Assembly (NCBI GenBank): GCA_965368405.1
Contig: CBDUMS010000005.1
Location: 2,128 to 66,127 of the forward strand
Length of the DNA: 64,000 nucleotides
Direction: 5' to 3'
Source: an uncultured Cyclobacteriaceae bacterium
GTDB lineage: Bacteria > Bacteroidota > Bacteroidia > Cytophagales > Cyclobacteriaceae
Below the pieces are notes generated by a model that saw only the letters and a list, made by a program, of their open reading frames with translations, was not told the origin of the DNA and ran no database searches. Positions 8,762 through 18,049 of this stretch are shown piece by piece (the first letter of the stretch is position 1; each line of letters opens with the position of its first letter). The position numbers and the translations under genes are program-made.

Positions 8762-10486
8762 TTATCTAATATAAGCTTTAATAATGGCCAATTCTTTATC
8801 TGTTTCGTGAGCGGGGCGAATAGTATAGTCCCCAACTGCTGCTGGAACAATAAAGACTTCAGCATAATTTATGGTTAGAGATTCAAATTGGTTCTCGGGG
8901 CTTTCGATAATAATTTGGTCACCCTCTATTAGGCAAATAACCTGGACTGTCCCTTCTGTATTGTGTTGCGTGATCTTATTAAACCAAAACCTTCGCGTCT
9001 CAATGAATTCAAGCTCATGTAAACCAGTCTTTTCTTCTCTATAAACTCCATTTGAAGACAGTTCTACAACATTATTAATTAGATTTTTTTGCGTCCACTC
9101 AGGGGTCCGGTCCCATTGAATCACCTGCTCACCATGATCAATATTAATTGGTCGAGGTTTGCCATCCATGCCAAGTCTGCCCCAGTCCCATAGTTTAAAG
9201 GTAAAGATATAAGGGGTCGCGCTAATCTCAAGAACCATACAACCCTTCGCCGAACAGTGAACCGTACCTGCCGGTATTAAGAAATGATCGTGTTTTTTCG
9301 CCGACCAAGACTTGGCGTACTTATCGGCATTAAACATCTCGCCGGTAGCTTGCGCTTTTCTGAGGTCAGCCATCATTGCAGCAGGCTCTATATCGTCCTT
9401 TAGTCCAAGGTATACCTTCGCATCTTCGGAAGCGTCCATTATATAATAGCTCTCGTCCTGTGTATAATCCATATCAAACTGCTCTTTGATATACTCCGTG
9501 AGAGGATGAACTTGTAAGCTAAGGTTACCCCCCTCTATGGTGTCGAGGAAATCAAATCGAATAGGAAACTCTGCCCCAAATTGGTCATAAACATTCTTTC
9601 CTAATAATTCTTTGGGCTGTTGAAAAACCACATTAATTGATGGGAGCTCCATGACCGTATTTTCGAACTCTATGAGGAGACTGTTTTCTTCTGGAACACA
9701 ATTAAAGCACCAGGCATAATTATCATTCTCCTTATCCAGTTCACACACTTCTTTCATCCATTGCCCACCCCACGGTCCAGGGTCAAAAAATGGCACAACA
9801 CTGAAAGGTTGTTTAGCGGCAGATTCAATCGTTTTAGTGATTGTTTTGCCATGGGCCATTTTGGGCTCATTAGGCTTATTTGTATCAAGCACATAGTCCC
9901 AGCTCGCCATTGTTTGAACTTTTATTCGATCACAGATACGCCAATCTACGAAGTAGCCAATTTTATACTTTCGTTCAAAAAGATCCTCATGGTTCACCAA
10001 TCCCAAATTTGGCACCTCATTCGCCCTCATTCGCTGCTGAATCTCCCATCTTGCCATATCCGCATATAGAAACACGTCGTGCTCAACTGCGATACGGGAA
10101 GCTCCTGGGCCAATTACAATAGTAATCGTTGAGCTATGCTTTAATTGATCGCGAACCAGGTTACACTTATCAAGGTCCAAAAACTGATCTATCGATAATC
10201 CTGATATCTTACCAAAAACTCTATCTTCCGTTACGTCTGGCAACGTTATAGATAAAATCTCTTCTTCAGGTTTAAAGAGGGTTCTGGTATCGACTACTGC
10301 TCCAACTTCAGATAAGCCGTCTATGATTTCTTCTAGAAAGGTGCCCTGATAAGTTTCGACGACAATTACGGCACCAGGGTTTCCGTCAATCCCCTGCTTT
10401 AGCTGGTTTGCAATATTCGGCCATCCAAGAACACATAATTTCTGCTCTCCAACAGCTTTTATTGATGGGTATTTATTAAACGTCAT
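8762..10486 (-). CDS. manA: Class I mannose-6-phosphate isomerase, long form with ~225-aa N-terminal extra domain
   Basis: Cupin metal-site motifs LSLQVHP, DESYYIMDA and LIPAGTVHC occur in the C-terminal ~345 aa. PWGGQWMK lies at the start of the PMI core. Confidence 0.75.
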   Translation of the reverse strand: MTFNKYPSIKAVGEQKLCVLGWPNIANQLKQGIDGNPGAVIVVETYQGTFLEEIIDGLSEVGAVVDTRTLFKPEEEILSITLPDVTEDRVFGKISGLSIDQFLDLDKCNLVRDQLKHSSTITIVIGPGASRIAVEHDVFLYADMARWEIQQRMRANEVPNLGLVNHEDLFERKYKIGYFVDWRICDRIKVQTMASWDYVLDTNKPNEPKMAHGKTITKTIESAAKQPFSVVPFFDPGPWGGQWMKEVCELDKENDNYAWCFNCVPEENSLLIEFENTVMELPSINVVFQQPKELLGKNVYDQFGAEFPIRFDFLDTIEGGNLSLQVHPLTEYIKEQFDMDYTQDESYYIMDASEDAKVYLGLKDDIEPAAMMADLRKAQATGEMFNADKYAKSWSAKKHDHFLIPAGTVHCSAKGCMVLEISATPYIFTFKLWDWGRLGMDGKPRPINIDHGEQVIQWDRTPEWTQKNLINNVVELSSNGVYREEKTGLHELEFIETRRFWFNKITQHNTEGTVQVICLIEGDQIIIESPENQFESLTINYAEVFIVPAAVGDYTIRPAHETDKELAIIKAYIR

Positions 10487-10499
10487 TCACTCAATTAGT

Positions 10500-11987
10500 T
10501 TAGTAGCCAGTGTTTTGAGTAAGATTGGGATTTAAGTCTCGCTCTCTTTGTGGGATTGGTAATAGATTATGAAAATCTTTGGGTGTTGCATTAGGCTTAC
10601 CTGAACTAGTAACCTTTTCAATCAATTTTCCATGTCGTACTAAATCATGGTATCTCGACCCTTCCATTACCAGTTCTAACCTACGTTCGTCCAAGACTGC
10701 GTCTTTAAAGGATTGGTAGTCAAGACCACCTAAATCTGGAAGGATGCTCTGCTCAACTGTACCGTTAAACCTGGCTCGTGCCCTAACTTGGTTTATTGCG
10801 GCGTAGGCCTCAGCCGTTGGTCCATTATTCAATTCATTTAGTGCCTCTGCATATACTAAAAGGATGTCCGCTAAGCGAATATATATAACATCTGAATCTG
10901 TATTGTTTCCCCGTGGTTCCGCCACTTGATCCCAGAATTTAGCTATATGAGGATCAAATGTTTCTGTTGAGCCATCGGAATATGTAAATGATGTTATAAA
11001 TGTAACGGCACGTCGTTGGTCTAGAGGATTAAAGCTATTATAAAGGTCATCGGAAGGTGTTTCCCATCCATGAGCGTTCTCTGGTCCCTCGCCATTTTTA
11101 TCTAAGCCCGGAGGTAGTAATCTAACATGGTATTGATTAGGTTTAAAACCTTGACTTAGGGTTCCGCTGAAGTTCACGGCAAATATTATTTCGCCAGAAT
11201 TCATATTATTTATCTTAAATATATCAGCATAGTTTGGCCAAAGTTGATAACCTCCATTCGTAATAACATGATTGGCATAATCTGCAGCCTCCTGATAATT
11301 CCCAATTTCTAAGTGTACTCTTGCCAATAAAGCAGATGCCGCAAAAGGAGTTGGTCTTCCTTGACCTACTCTGTATCCTGTACTTAAATCAGATTCTGCA
11401 TCTTCCAAATCCATGATTATTTGATCATAAACCTCAGCAAGAGGTGTTCTGCCTTTATAAGCATCCTCAAGATTGGTAACTGGTTTAGTAATAAGCGGGA
11501 CATCGCCAAAGAAGCGCACTGCTTCAAAGTACATCATAGCCCTTATAAATTTAGCTTCAGAAACAAGATGATCTTTCTTTTCCTGATCCATCGCTACGGC
11601 GGGTACTTTATCGATAACAATGTTTGCCGCACTAATGGTTTTGTATAAATCCTGCCAATAGTACTCAATACGGACGTTTTCAGATGTCATTTTAAATTCT
11701 GAAATATTTCGGTATTCTATTGAAGCCAGGTTTTCTACGACATTATCCGACATCAGGTCTTTGAAAACCCAAAAATCATTAAAATAAATTCCTCCAAATT
11801 TCGGATCCCATAGAAAGTCCGTACCTACACTCAAGTAGTCATAGAGTGCGTTAGTCGCAGCTACAGCGTCGGCTTCTGTGCGGTAGTAGTTTGCCGAGGT
11901 AATCAAAGAATCTGGTTCCTCATTAAGGAAATTACATGCCGGCAATCCAAGAACTATCATTAAAAAAAGTGTCGCTATTTTTTTCAT
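10500..11987 (-). CDS. susD: SusD/RagB-family outer-membrane lipoprotein
   Basis: Lipobox LGLPAC. Typical SusD features are present (ADILLVYAEALNE, ERRLELVMEGSRYHDLVR, and a C-terminus ending NTGY). It lies directly downstream of SusC with a TAATG overlap. Confidence 0.9.
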   Translation of the reverse strand: MKKIATLFLMIVLGLPACNFLNEEPDSLITSANYYRTEADAVAATNALYDYLSVGTDFLWDPKFGGIYFNDFWVFKDLMSDNVVENLASIEYRNISEFKMTSENVRIEYYWQDLYKTISAANIVIDKVPAVAMDQEKKDHLVSEAKFIRAMMYFEAVRFFGDVPLITKPVTNLEDAYKGRTPLAEVYDQIIMDLEDAESDLSTGYRVGQGRPTPFAASALLARVHLEIGNYQEAADYANHVITNGGYQLWPNYADIFKINNMNSGEIIFAVNFSGTLSQGFKPNQYHVRLLPPGLDKNGEGPENAHGWETPSDDLYNSFNPLDQRRAVTFITSFTYSDGSTETFDPHIAKFWDQVAEPRGNNTDSDVIYIRLADILLVYAEALNELNNGPTAEAYAAINQVRARARFNGTVEQSILPDLGGLDYQSFKDAVLDERRLELVMEGSRYHDLVRHGKLIEKVTSSGKPNATPKDFHNLLPIPQRERDLNPNLTQNTGY

Positions 11988-14900
11988 TAGAATGTCAAGT
12001 TTAAACCGCCTGTGAAAATCATAGTTTGTGGATAAGAGCCAAAGTCTGCCCCCATGTTAAGGTTATTGAATGGGAAGCGATTAACTTCTGGATCATAACC
12101 TGAATAGTCTGTGATGGTTAGTAAGTTTTTTACGCTTACATAAACTCTTGCACTTGACAATTTCAACCTATCATTAAACTTTGAAGAGAAATTGTAGCTT
12201 ATGGTTACATCTCTTAGTCTCAAATAAGACCCGCTTTCGACATGAATGTCGGAAAATGCATTGGCTCGTGGCGTTGCATTGGCGCGCGGATATTCATTAG
12301 TTGGATTTGTTGGAGTCCATCGTTTAAGGGCAACCCTGGAGTTATTCCTATTGCCATCAAAGCTCTCTAGTCCGAATCTATTAAAATTCGCAATTTTATT
12401 GCCTACCACTCCCTGAAAGAAGAAATTTAATTCAAAGCTCTTATAGGAGATTACATTCCCGAGTCCGAATGAAAACTTCGGATTGGCATCACCTAGCCTA
12501 ACTTTATCCAAGTCATTAATAATGCCATCACCGTTCTGGTCGATATACTTTCTGTCGCCGTGCATAGGCGAATAGTCGGAAAAATATGGAATATCGCCCA
12601 CACTTTCACCAAGTTGAATGATTCCATCGGTCTCGTAACCATAAAAACTACCAATCGGACTACCAACAGTAATCTGGCTCCATCCGTTTATGCCAAGCAA
12701 TGGCGTAGCAAGTAACCTTTCATTCTCCTCACCGGTGAGCTTCGTGATCTTATTTCTATTAACCGCAAAATTGAGTGATGTATTCCACTTCAACTCACCA
12801 GTTGTATTCACTGAGTTAACTGAGAGTTCTATGCCTCGATTCTCAAGATTACCGACATTGTCGAATACGTTTGTAAAACCCGATAAGTAAGGAACTGCGC
12901 GGTCGAGCAATAAGTCAACGGTATTCTTATAATATATATCTGCGGTAACTGAGACTCTATTATTGAATAAACCGAGATCAACTCCAATATCAAATTGGTG
13001 CGTGGTCTCCCATTTTAGATTAGCATTTTCAGGAGATAAAGGGCCTGCACCTTTGGCAATCTCAGATTCACCAAAATAAGCCTCCGTAATCTCTAATAAG
13101 CCAAGTGAAGAGTAAGATGGAATTCCTTCGTTGCCAACAGTTCCATAACCGGCTCTAAGCTTAAGCTCAGAAATTGTAAGAGAATTTACTAGAAAATCTT
13201 CATTACCAATTCTCCATGCCAAAGAAAATGAAGGGAAATAGCCAAATTTATTTCCATCGCCAAACTTCGACGAACCATCAACCCTTAGCGAAGCTGTTGC
13301 CAGGTACTTATCTTTAAGTACGTAATTCACGCGGCCTAAGAACGACATCATCTGCCAGCCAGCCGCACCATTTATTAATAATGTTTTCTTCTTCCCTGCT
13401 TGAAGCGAATTAAAACCAAGTCGATTATCATCGAAATCAGAAGTTGAGCCAAACATAAATTTTCCATTATAAGCCTGCATAGTATAGCCTACGATAGCAT
13501 TTATTGATTGGTCATTGAAACTTTTGTTATAAGCGAGTGTATTTTCCCAAAGCCAGGTGTAGCCATCACTATTGGCCACAGTAGCAGCCCCTTTACTAGC
13601 TTCTGCTCTCTTTAAAAAATTAGGGGTGAATGCCTCCTCTTTATTAAAAAAGGCATCCACCCCAACCTGTGTCTTAAATACTAGAGAAGGCAGAACCTCC
13701 CATGATAAATAGAGACTACTAAATACTTTATTGGTTGTTGTGCGCTGTTGGTTCTCGTTGGCATCCGCTACTGGATTACCAACGGCAGGCTGCGATGTGT
13801 TATTTTCATAAACATATTGACCATTGTTGTCGTATACGCCCAAACCAGGATTAAACTCAAGCGCCCAAGAGGTTATACTTGAAGGAATAGCCCCTTCTGA
13901 ATCTGTAACAACTCCGTTTATCACACTACGATTAAGGTTAATACTGGTACCTATCTTAACCTTATCTGATAATTTCTGATCGAGGTTTACTCTAAAAATT
14001 CCTCTTGTGAAGTCAGAGCCAATAATTACCCCTTGCTGACTGAAAATATTGGCCGAAACTAGATAGCTGGTGCCATCTTTACCTCCTGATACGCCAAACT
14101 GTGCGTTCACAATTGGAGCAAGTCTAAAGATTTCGTCCTGCCAATTAGTGCCTTCACCAAGATTGATCGGACTTGCATATATCACCTTGCGAGGAACACC
14201 TGCATTATCCGCCGCTTCGTTCCCCAGCATTGCCAGCTCCGATGCGTTTAGCATATCTAAAGTCTTTCGAACCCGCTGCACACCGCCACTAATAGCAGCA
14301 TTAATTACTGTTTTGCCCTTTGCACCCCGTTTCGTTGAAACAAGAATTACACCGTTCGCGCCACGAGCACCATATATTGCTGTAGCAGATGCATCTTTTA
14401 GAATTTCTATTGATTCTATATCTGCTGAATTAATGCTATTTAAAGGGTTGAAGGCAGGCCCCTGAACCGCACCTGTTGACCCCTGATTTGGGTCTGAGAT
14501 GATAGGGACACCATCTACAACGTAAAGAGGTTCATTGGTGCCTCGGATAGACGAGGTGCCTCGAATTCTAATAGATGAAGAAGCCCCAGGTTGACCCGAG
14601 GTTTGCGTTACAACTACACCTGCAGCTTTGCCCTGTAATCCTTGATCTAAGGATGAAACAGTGGTATTAAGAATATCTTCGGATTTCAATGAAACTACAG
14701 AACCGGTTAGATCGCTTTTTTTAACAGAACCATAACCTATAACAACCACCTCTTCCATTTCGGTAGCATCGGTGAGCATGTTTATAGTTAAGGGTGTATT
14801 ATCAACCGGTATTACTTCCTGTGTAAGGTAACCCACGAAGCTAACTATGAGCGTATCGCCTACTTTAATTGAAAGTGTAAAATCGCCATCGATACCCGTT

Positions 14901-15058
14901 ATTGTTCCGTTGGTTGTTCCTTTGATTCGAATAGTAGCCCCTGGAAGCGGTAAGCCATCATCGAGAACAGTCCCTGCTAATTGAAGGTTTTGCGCTTCGG
15001 CGAGAGAGAGCACCAATAGCATTAATACTCCTGAGAAAAGGTATTTTAGTTTTGCCAT
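11987..15058 (-). CDS. susC: SusC/RagA-family TonB-dependent transporter
   Basis: 1023 aa. N-terminal carboxypeptidase-regulatory-like domain (GTVLDDGLPLPGATIRIKGTTNGTITGIDGDF), plug (VVIGYGSVKKSDLTGSV) and a C-terminal beta-barrel ending in F. Confidence 0.95.
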   Translation of the reverse strand: MAKLKYLFSGVLMLLVLSLAEAQNLQLAGTVLDDGLPLPGATIRIKGTTNGTITGIDGDFTLSIKVGDTLIVSFVGYLTQEVIPVDNTPLTINMLTDATEMEEVVVIGYGSVKKSDLTGSVVSLKSEDILNTTVSSLDQGLQGKAAGVVVTQTSGQPGASSSIRIRGTSSIRGTNEPLYVVDGVPIISDPNQGSTGAVQGPAFNPLNSINSADIESIEILKDASATAIYGARGANGVILVSTKRGAKGKTVINAAISGGVQRVRKTLDMLNASELAMLGNEAADNAGVPRKVIYASPINLGEGTNWQDEIFRLAPIVNAQFGVSGGKDGTSYLVSANIFSQQGVIIGSDFTRGIFRVNLDQKLSDKVKIGTSINLNRSVINGVVTDSEGAIPSSITSWALEFNPGLGVYDNNGQYVYENNTSQPAVGNPVADANENQQRTTTNKVFSSLYLSWEVLPSLVFKTQVGVDAFFNKEEAFTPNFLKRAEASKGAATVANSDGYTWLWENTLAYNKSFNDQSINAIVGYTMQAYNGKFMFGSTSDFDDNRLGFNSLQAGKKKTLLINGAAGWQMMSFLGRVNYVLKDKYLATASLRVDGSSKFGDGNKFGYFPSFSLAWRIGNEDFLVNSLTISELKLRAGYGTVGNEGIPSYSSLGLLEITEAYFGESEIAKGAGPLSPENANLKWETTHQFDIGVDLGLFNNRVSVTADIYYKNTVDLLLDRAVPYLSGFTNVFDNVGNLENRGIELSVNSVNTTGELKWNTSLNFAVNRNKITKLTGEENERLLATPLLGINGWSQITVGSPIGSFYGYETDGIIQLGESVGDIPYFSDYSPMHGDRKYIDQNGDGIINDLDKVRLGDANPKFSFGLGNVISYKSFELNFFFQGVVGNKIANFNRFGLESFDGNRNNSRVALKRWTPTNPTNEYPRANATPRANAFSDIHVESGSYLRLRDVTISYNFSSKFNDRLKLSSARVYVSVKNLLTITDYSGYDPEVNRFPFNNLNMGADFGSYPQTMIFTGGLNLTF

Positions 15059-15066
15059 GGCAAGAT

Positions 15067-15088
15067 AAGAAAAGAGAGAAGAGAGAGA
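15067..15088 (-). other. 22-nt all-purine tract on the + strand (CU-rich leader on the susC mRNA strand)
   Basis: aagaaaagagagaagagagaga read directly. It ends 9 nt upstream of the susC ATG. Confidence 0.5.
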
Positions 15089-15114
15089 TTATCTAACTGA
15101 TTAAATTAGAACGT

Positions 15115-15148
15115 AGAAAATGAAAGATGGGCTTATACCCATCTTTCA
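15115..15148 (-). terminator. Intrinsic-terminator-like hairpin between the leader lipoprotein gene and susC
   Basis: Perfect 10-11 bp stem (gaaagatggg / cccatctttc) with 6-nt loop cttata at 15121..15148. On the minus-strand transcript it is followed by TTTTCT. Confidence 0.45.
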
Positions 15149-15164
15149 AATCTAAAAGAACTAA

Positions 15165-16007
15165 TTAAAAATCGTTGCATGGACCAGCGTGCACGCCTGC
15201 ATCATCTTCCGGTCCAGGATGATAAGGGTCAAAGTCACTACCTTTAGCCAGTGTTGTCATAATTTTATTGTACTCCTCAACAGCGTCGTATGAAGGATCA
15301 AACTGATCTAATCCACGATAAATTACATCGGCCTCTAATTTACTGGCGTCAATCGTAGTTATGTCTAATGTATCTCTAACATCACCAAGGAAAGCACCGG
15401 TTCTTGTCATTATCAAACGACCAGTTTCTTCATTCACTTCCCAGTAGCAGTAGTTATACCAAAGATCACCAAAATCATCAGCTTTTTCACCAACACTTTT
15501 GTCGTAAGTTCCATCTGAATTAAATCTATAAACATCGTCCGTATAAACGTCACTTATATCACTCATTCCAGTCTTTTTTCTTATTTCATCAGAAAGCAAC
15601 CAGTCAAACTTCACTAGCAATTGAGCTTTAGTCAATTCAACATCCACAACCGTTTCAACCGGTGAGCTAGCCTGCCCATCTACATCGAAAGCGGTAAATC
15701 TGAATTTTAAGATAGGTTCAACATCATCCTCAGTAACGGTATAGTTGAAAGTATACTTGCCATCGGTAAGCGTTGTGCTTTCTGTTGGAGCACCTTCTTC
15801 GGTATCTCCCCAATACTTTTGTACTGATATTTTACTAAAACCGGCCTCGGCGGTAACAGTTGCAACAATTGCAATTGATTCTCCGGCTTTTGCCGATAAT
15901 TCCGTGTTATCTAAAGTAACACTAGGAGCGGCTTTATCTTTTTCGCAAGATTGTAATGCAAATACACCTGCAAACAATACGACCGCCAATTTGAAAAATG
16001 GTTTCAT
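15165..16007 (-). CDS. Surface lipoprotein with N-terminal Ig-like domain (candidate surface glycan-binding protein), encoded upstream of susC
   Basis: The ORF track gives 15165..16040. The internal Met gives a canonical lipoprotein signal MKPFFKLAVVLFAGVFALQSC. The N-terminal domain pattern (SVTLDNTELSAKAGESIAIVATVTAEAGFSKISV) resembles the N-termini of ORFs 60005..61372 and 61388..62812. Confidence 0.55.
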   Translation of the reverse strand: MKPFFKLAVVLFAGVFALQSCEKDKAAPSVTLDNTELSAKAGESIAIVATVTAEAGFSKISVQKYWGDTEEGAPTESTTLTDGKYTFNYTVTEDDVEPILKFRFTAFDVDGQASSPVETVVDVELTKAQLLVKFDWLLSDEIRKKTGMSDISDVYTDDVYRFNSDGTYDKSVGEKADDFGDLWYNYCYWEVNEETGRLIMTRTGAFLGDVRDTLDITTIDASKLEADVIYRGLDQFDPSYDAVEEYNKIMTTLAKGSDFDPYHPGPEDDAGVHAGPCNDF

Positions 16008-16130
16008 TCTTTTACTTAGTTTGGTTGAACAAATATTCACTCAAATATAGTATGTGCATACATATGAACAAAATTATTTGAGTTAAATTTTAATACGCTT
16101 AAATATCATATAAAATCCTCTATTATCGCA

Positions 16131-17210
16131 CTATTCCTCAAGAATTAGCTCCATAGGGACTCTGTAAAACCTGGGCCGATAGATACCCGCATTCTCAAAG
16201 TGATCCTGAAGCTCGAAGCTATTGGTGTTATAAGAAATCAGCAGCTTATCATCTTGCATAAATTGAGGATGAGCCAGAGCGTTGTAGGTAAATAACTGAT
16301 CATTCTCATATGGAATTGGAGTTTCAAATAAGAGTTTTTGATTTCTCCAGGGGCCAAACGGAGTGTCTGCCATATATGAGAATACTTTTCTGCTTAATGA
16401 GCCTTCTTGCATAATCATAATAAACCTATTCTCATATTCGAACACCGAAAACTGTTCAGAGCCACTAATGTCCGCCATAGGTAGCGAAGATTTAGCCTCT
16501 GAATTCCAATACGATCCATCATAGAATGTCCAGGTACCATTTGAATCGATTCGGGCAACATGAGGTTTTCCTTCGTGTAAGCCATAGACATAAACAAAAT
16601 CATCCGTATCGCACACTGCATGGCCATAATGAATACCAAGCGCTTGCGAATATGGGATCGAATCAATTGATAGTTCTTCTAAATTGGGTAACGAATAGGT
16701 AATTAAAGCAGTTTCCTTGAATTGAAAACCCCACATACCTTCTTCTGCTTGAAAAAATTCTGAGGCAAAAACCTTGAGCTGATCACCATCTACCCAGCCA
16801 TCGCCAGGCCAATACCAATGCTCAAGTTCACTCACTTCTCCATTCGATCCGGTAACACTTGGTGGAATCATCATCGATAAAAAGTCTTCAGGCTCACCTT
16901 GGTGCAATGTAATAAGCTCCTCGCCATCATCAAGCACAAAACAATTCCTAATGTACATCGGGCTGGTTTTCTCTCGCTTAAGATCAGGGGTTACTGTTCC
17001 TAAAAATGTGTCGCCAAAAATCCAGATCGTATTTCCATCGGGTAATAGAACTGAATAGGTCCCATCAGCACCGGTTAGACCATCGCCATAAAGCTCGAAT
17101 CGACTGTTAAATTCTGTATCTAATTCTGCAACCCTAGGAGGTTCCTGTTTTTTACTGGAACAAGCGAAAAGCCCCGATGTAACCACTAGTAGTATTAGAA
17201 TTTTATACAT
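16131..17210 (-). CDS. DUF4185/DUF5005-like lipoprotein (predicted beta-propeller, putative glycosidase); paralogue of 95..1180
   Basis: Lipobox GLFACSS. Blocks FGDTF, HWYWPGDG, FTYNALAHP and LLISYNTNS are shared with the ORF at 95..1180. Confidence 0.5.
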   Translation of the reverse strand: MYKILILLVVTSGLFACSSKKQEPPRVAELDTEFNSRFELYGDGLTGADGTYSVLLPDGNTIWIFGDTFLGTVTPDLKREKTSPMYIRNCFVLDDGEELITLHQGEPEDFLSMMIPPSVTGSNGEVSELEHWYWPGDGWVDGDQLKVFASEFFQAEEGMWGFQFKETALITYSLPNLEELSIDSIPYSQALGIHYGHAVCDTDDFVYVYGLHEGKPHVARIDSNGTWTFYDGSYWNSEAKSSLPMADISGSEQFSVFEYENRFIMIMQEGSLSRKVFSYMADTPFGPWRNQKLLFETPIPYENDQLFTYNALAHPQFMQDDKLLISYNTNSFELQDHFENAGIYRPRFYRVPMELILEE

Positions 17211-17934
17211 CTCTTTCGCTTTCTACGGTATAAACAATACTATTTGCCACGTAATAACCTACATTATACTCAATTGGTCGTTTGCCGGGATCATAAACCA
17301 TCCTTTTCCTAACCAATATTGGGTCTCCAATATTAATATTGAGTCTTTCCGCCATTTGCTTGTCACAAGCCTGGGCTCGAATTTCCTCCTTCGATAGTTT
17401 AGCAATTATCGAGTAGTCCTGTTGCAGGATATTGTAAAGCGGTTTGTTAAAATCTTCATCTCCCGTTAGTCCTGTCCTCGGATGAAAATAGGATGTAAAA
17501 TACACAAATGGACCCGTTTCATCACCTCTCAACCTATCCATTTTCAGCACCTGCGTTCCTTCTTCGAGCCCCATAAAATTGAGCACCGAAGCATCGGGTA
17601 CAACCCAGGCATGTGCAATATCGTAATTTACAACCTGCATCCCTTTTGATTCCATTTCCTGCGTAAAGCTTAACCAATTAGTTGCTTTGCTATCAACAGG
17701 TTTTGCCACAACTGTGCCAACGCCCTTCTTACGGTAAATTAGTCCTTCATACACCAACTTATTGGTTGCTTGACGTAAGGTGTTCCTGGATATCCCGAGC
17801 TTATTTGCCAGATCAACTTCATTTGGCAGCAGCTTACCCTCCTGATGTTCCGGAAGAGCAATCATATCACGAAGTAGTTTCTCCGCTTGAAGATATAATG
17901 GCACCGGGCTGTTATGATCTATCGATAATTTCAT
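17203..17934 (-). CDS. GntR-family transcriptional regulator, HutC subfamily (wHTH + UTRA-like effector domain)
   Basis: The N-terminus (PLYLQAEKLLRDMI...LPNEVDLANKLGISRNTLRQATNKLVYEGLIYRKKGVGTVVA) is a typical GntR wHTH. It is the first gene of the minus-strand PUL. Confidence 0.9.
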   Translation of the reverse strand: MKLSIDHNSPVPLYLQAEKLLRDMIALPEHQEGKLLPNEVDLANKLGISRNTLRQATNKLVYEGLIYRKKGVGTVVAKPVDSKATNWLSFTQEMESKGMQVVNYDIAHAWVVPDASVLNFMGLEEGTQVLKMDRLRGDETGPFVYFTSYFHPRTGLTGDEDFNKPLYNILQQDYSIIAKLSKEEIRAQACDKQMAERLNINIGDPILVRKRMVYDPGKRPIEYNVGYYVANSIVYTVESERDV

Positions 17935-17955
17935 TTACTTTACAGTATCATTGCT

Positions 17956-17963
17956 CAAATGTA
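17956..17963 (-). promoter_or_regulatory. Candidate Bacteroidota -7 promoter element TACATTTG (TAnnTTTG consensus)
   Basis: caaatgta on the + strand, 22 nt upstream of the GntR ATG. A second match, TATATTTG, is at 17975..17982. The identical 8-mer recurs upstream of the second PUL at 62956..62963. Confidence 0.25.
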
Positions 17964-18049
17964 TGAACATATTACAAATATATACATTCATAGTTAAGAA
18001 TATACATATCCTCATTCAGCAGAGTAAAAATTGCCCTAATAGATTAAAT

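Noticed and set aside
14070-14465. 131-aa plus-strand ORF inside susC
   Set aside because: It is antisense to a SusC gene with clear plug and barrel motifs. The translation is Pro/Ser/Ala-rich and low in complexity.
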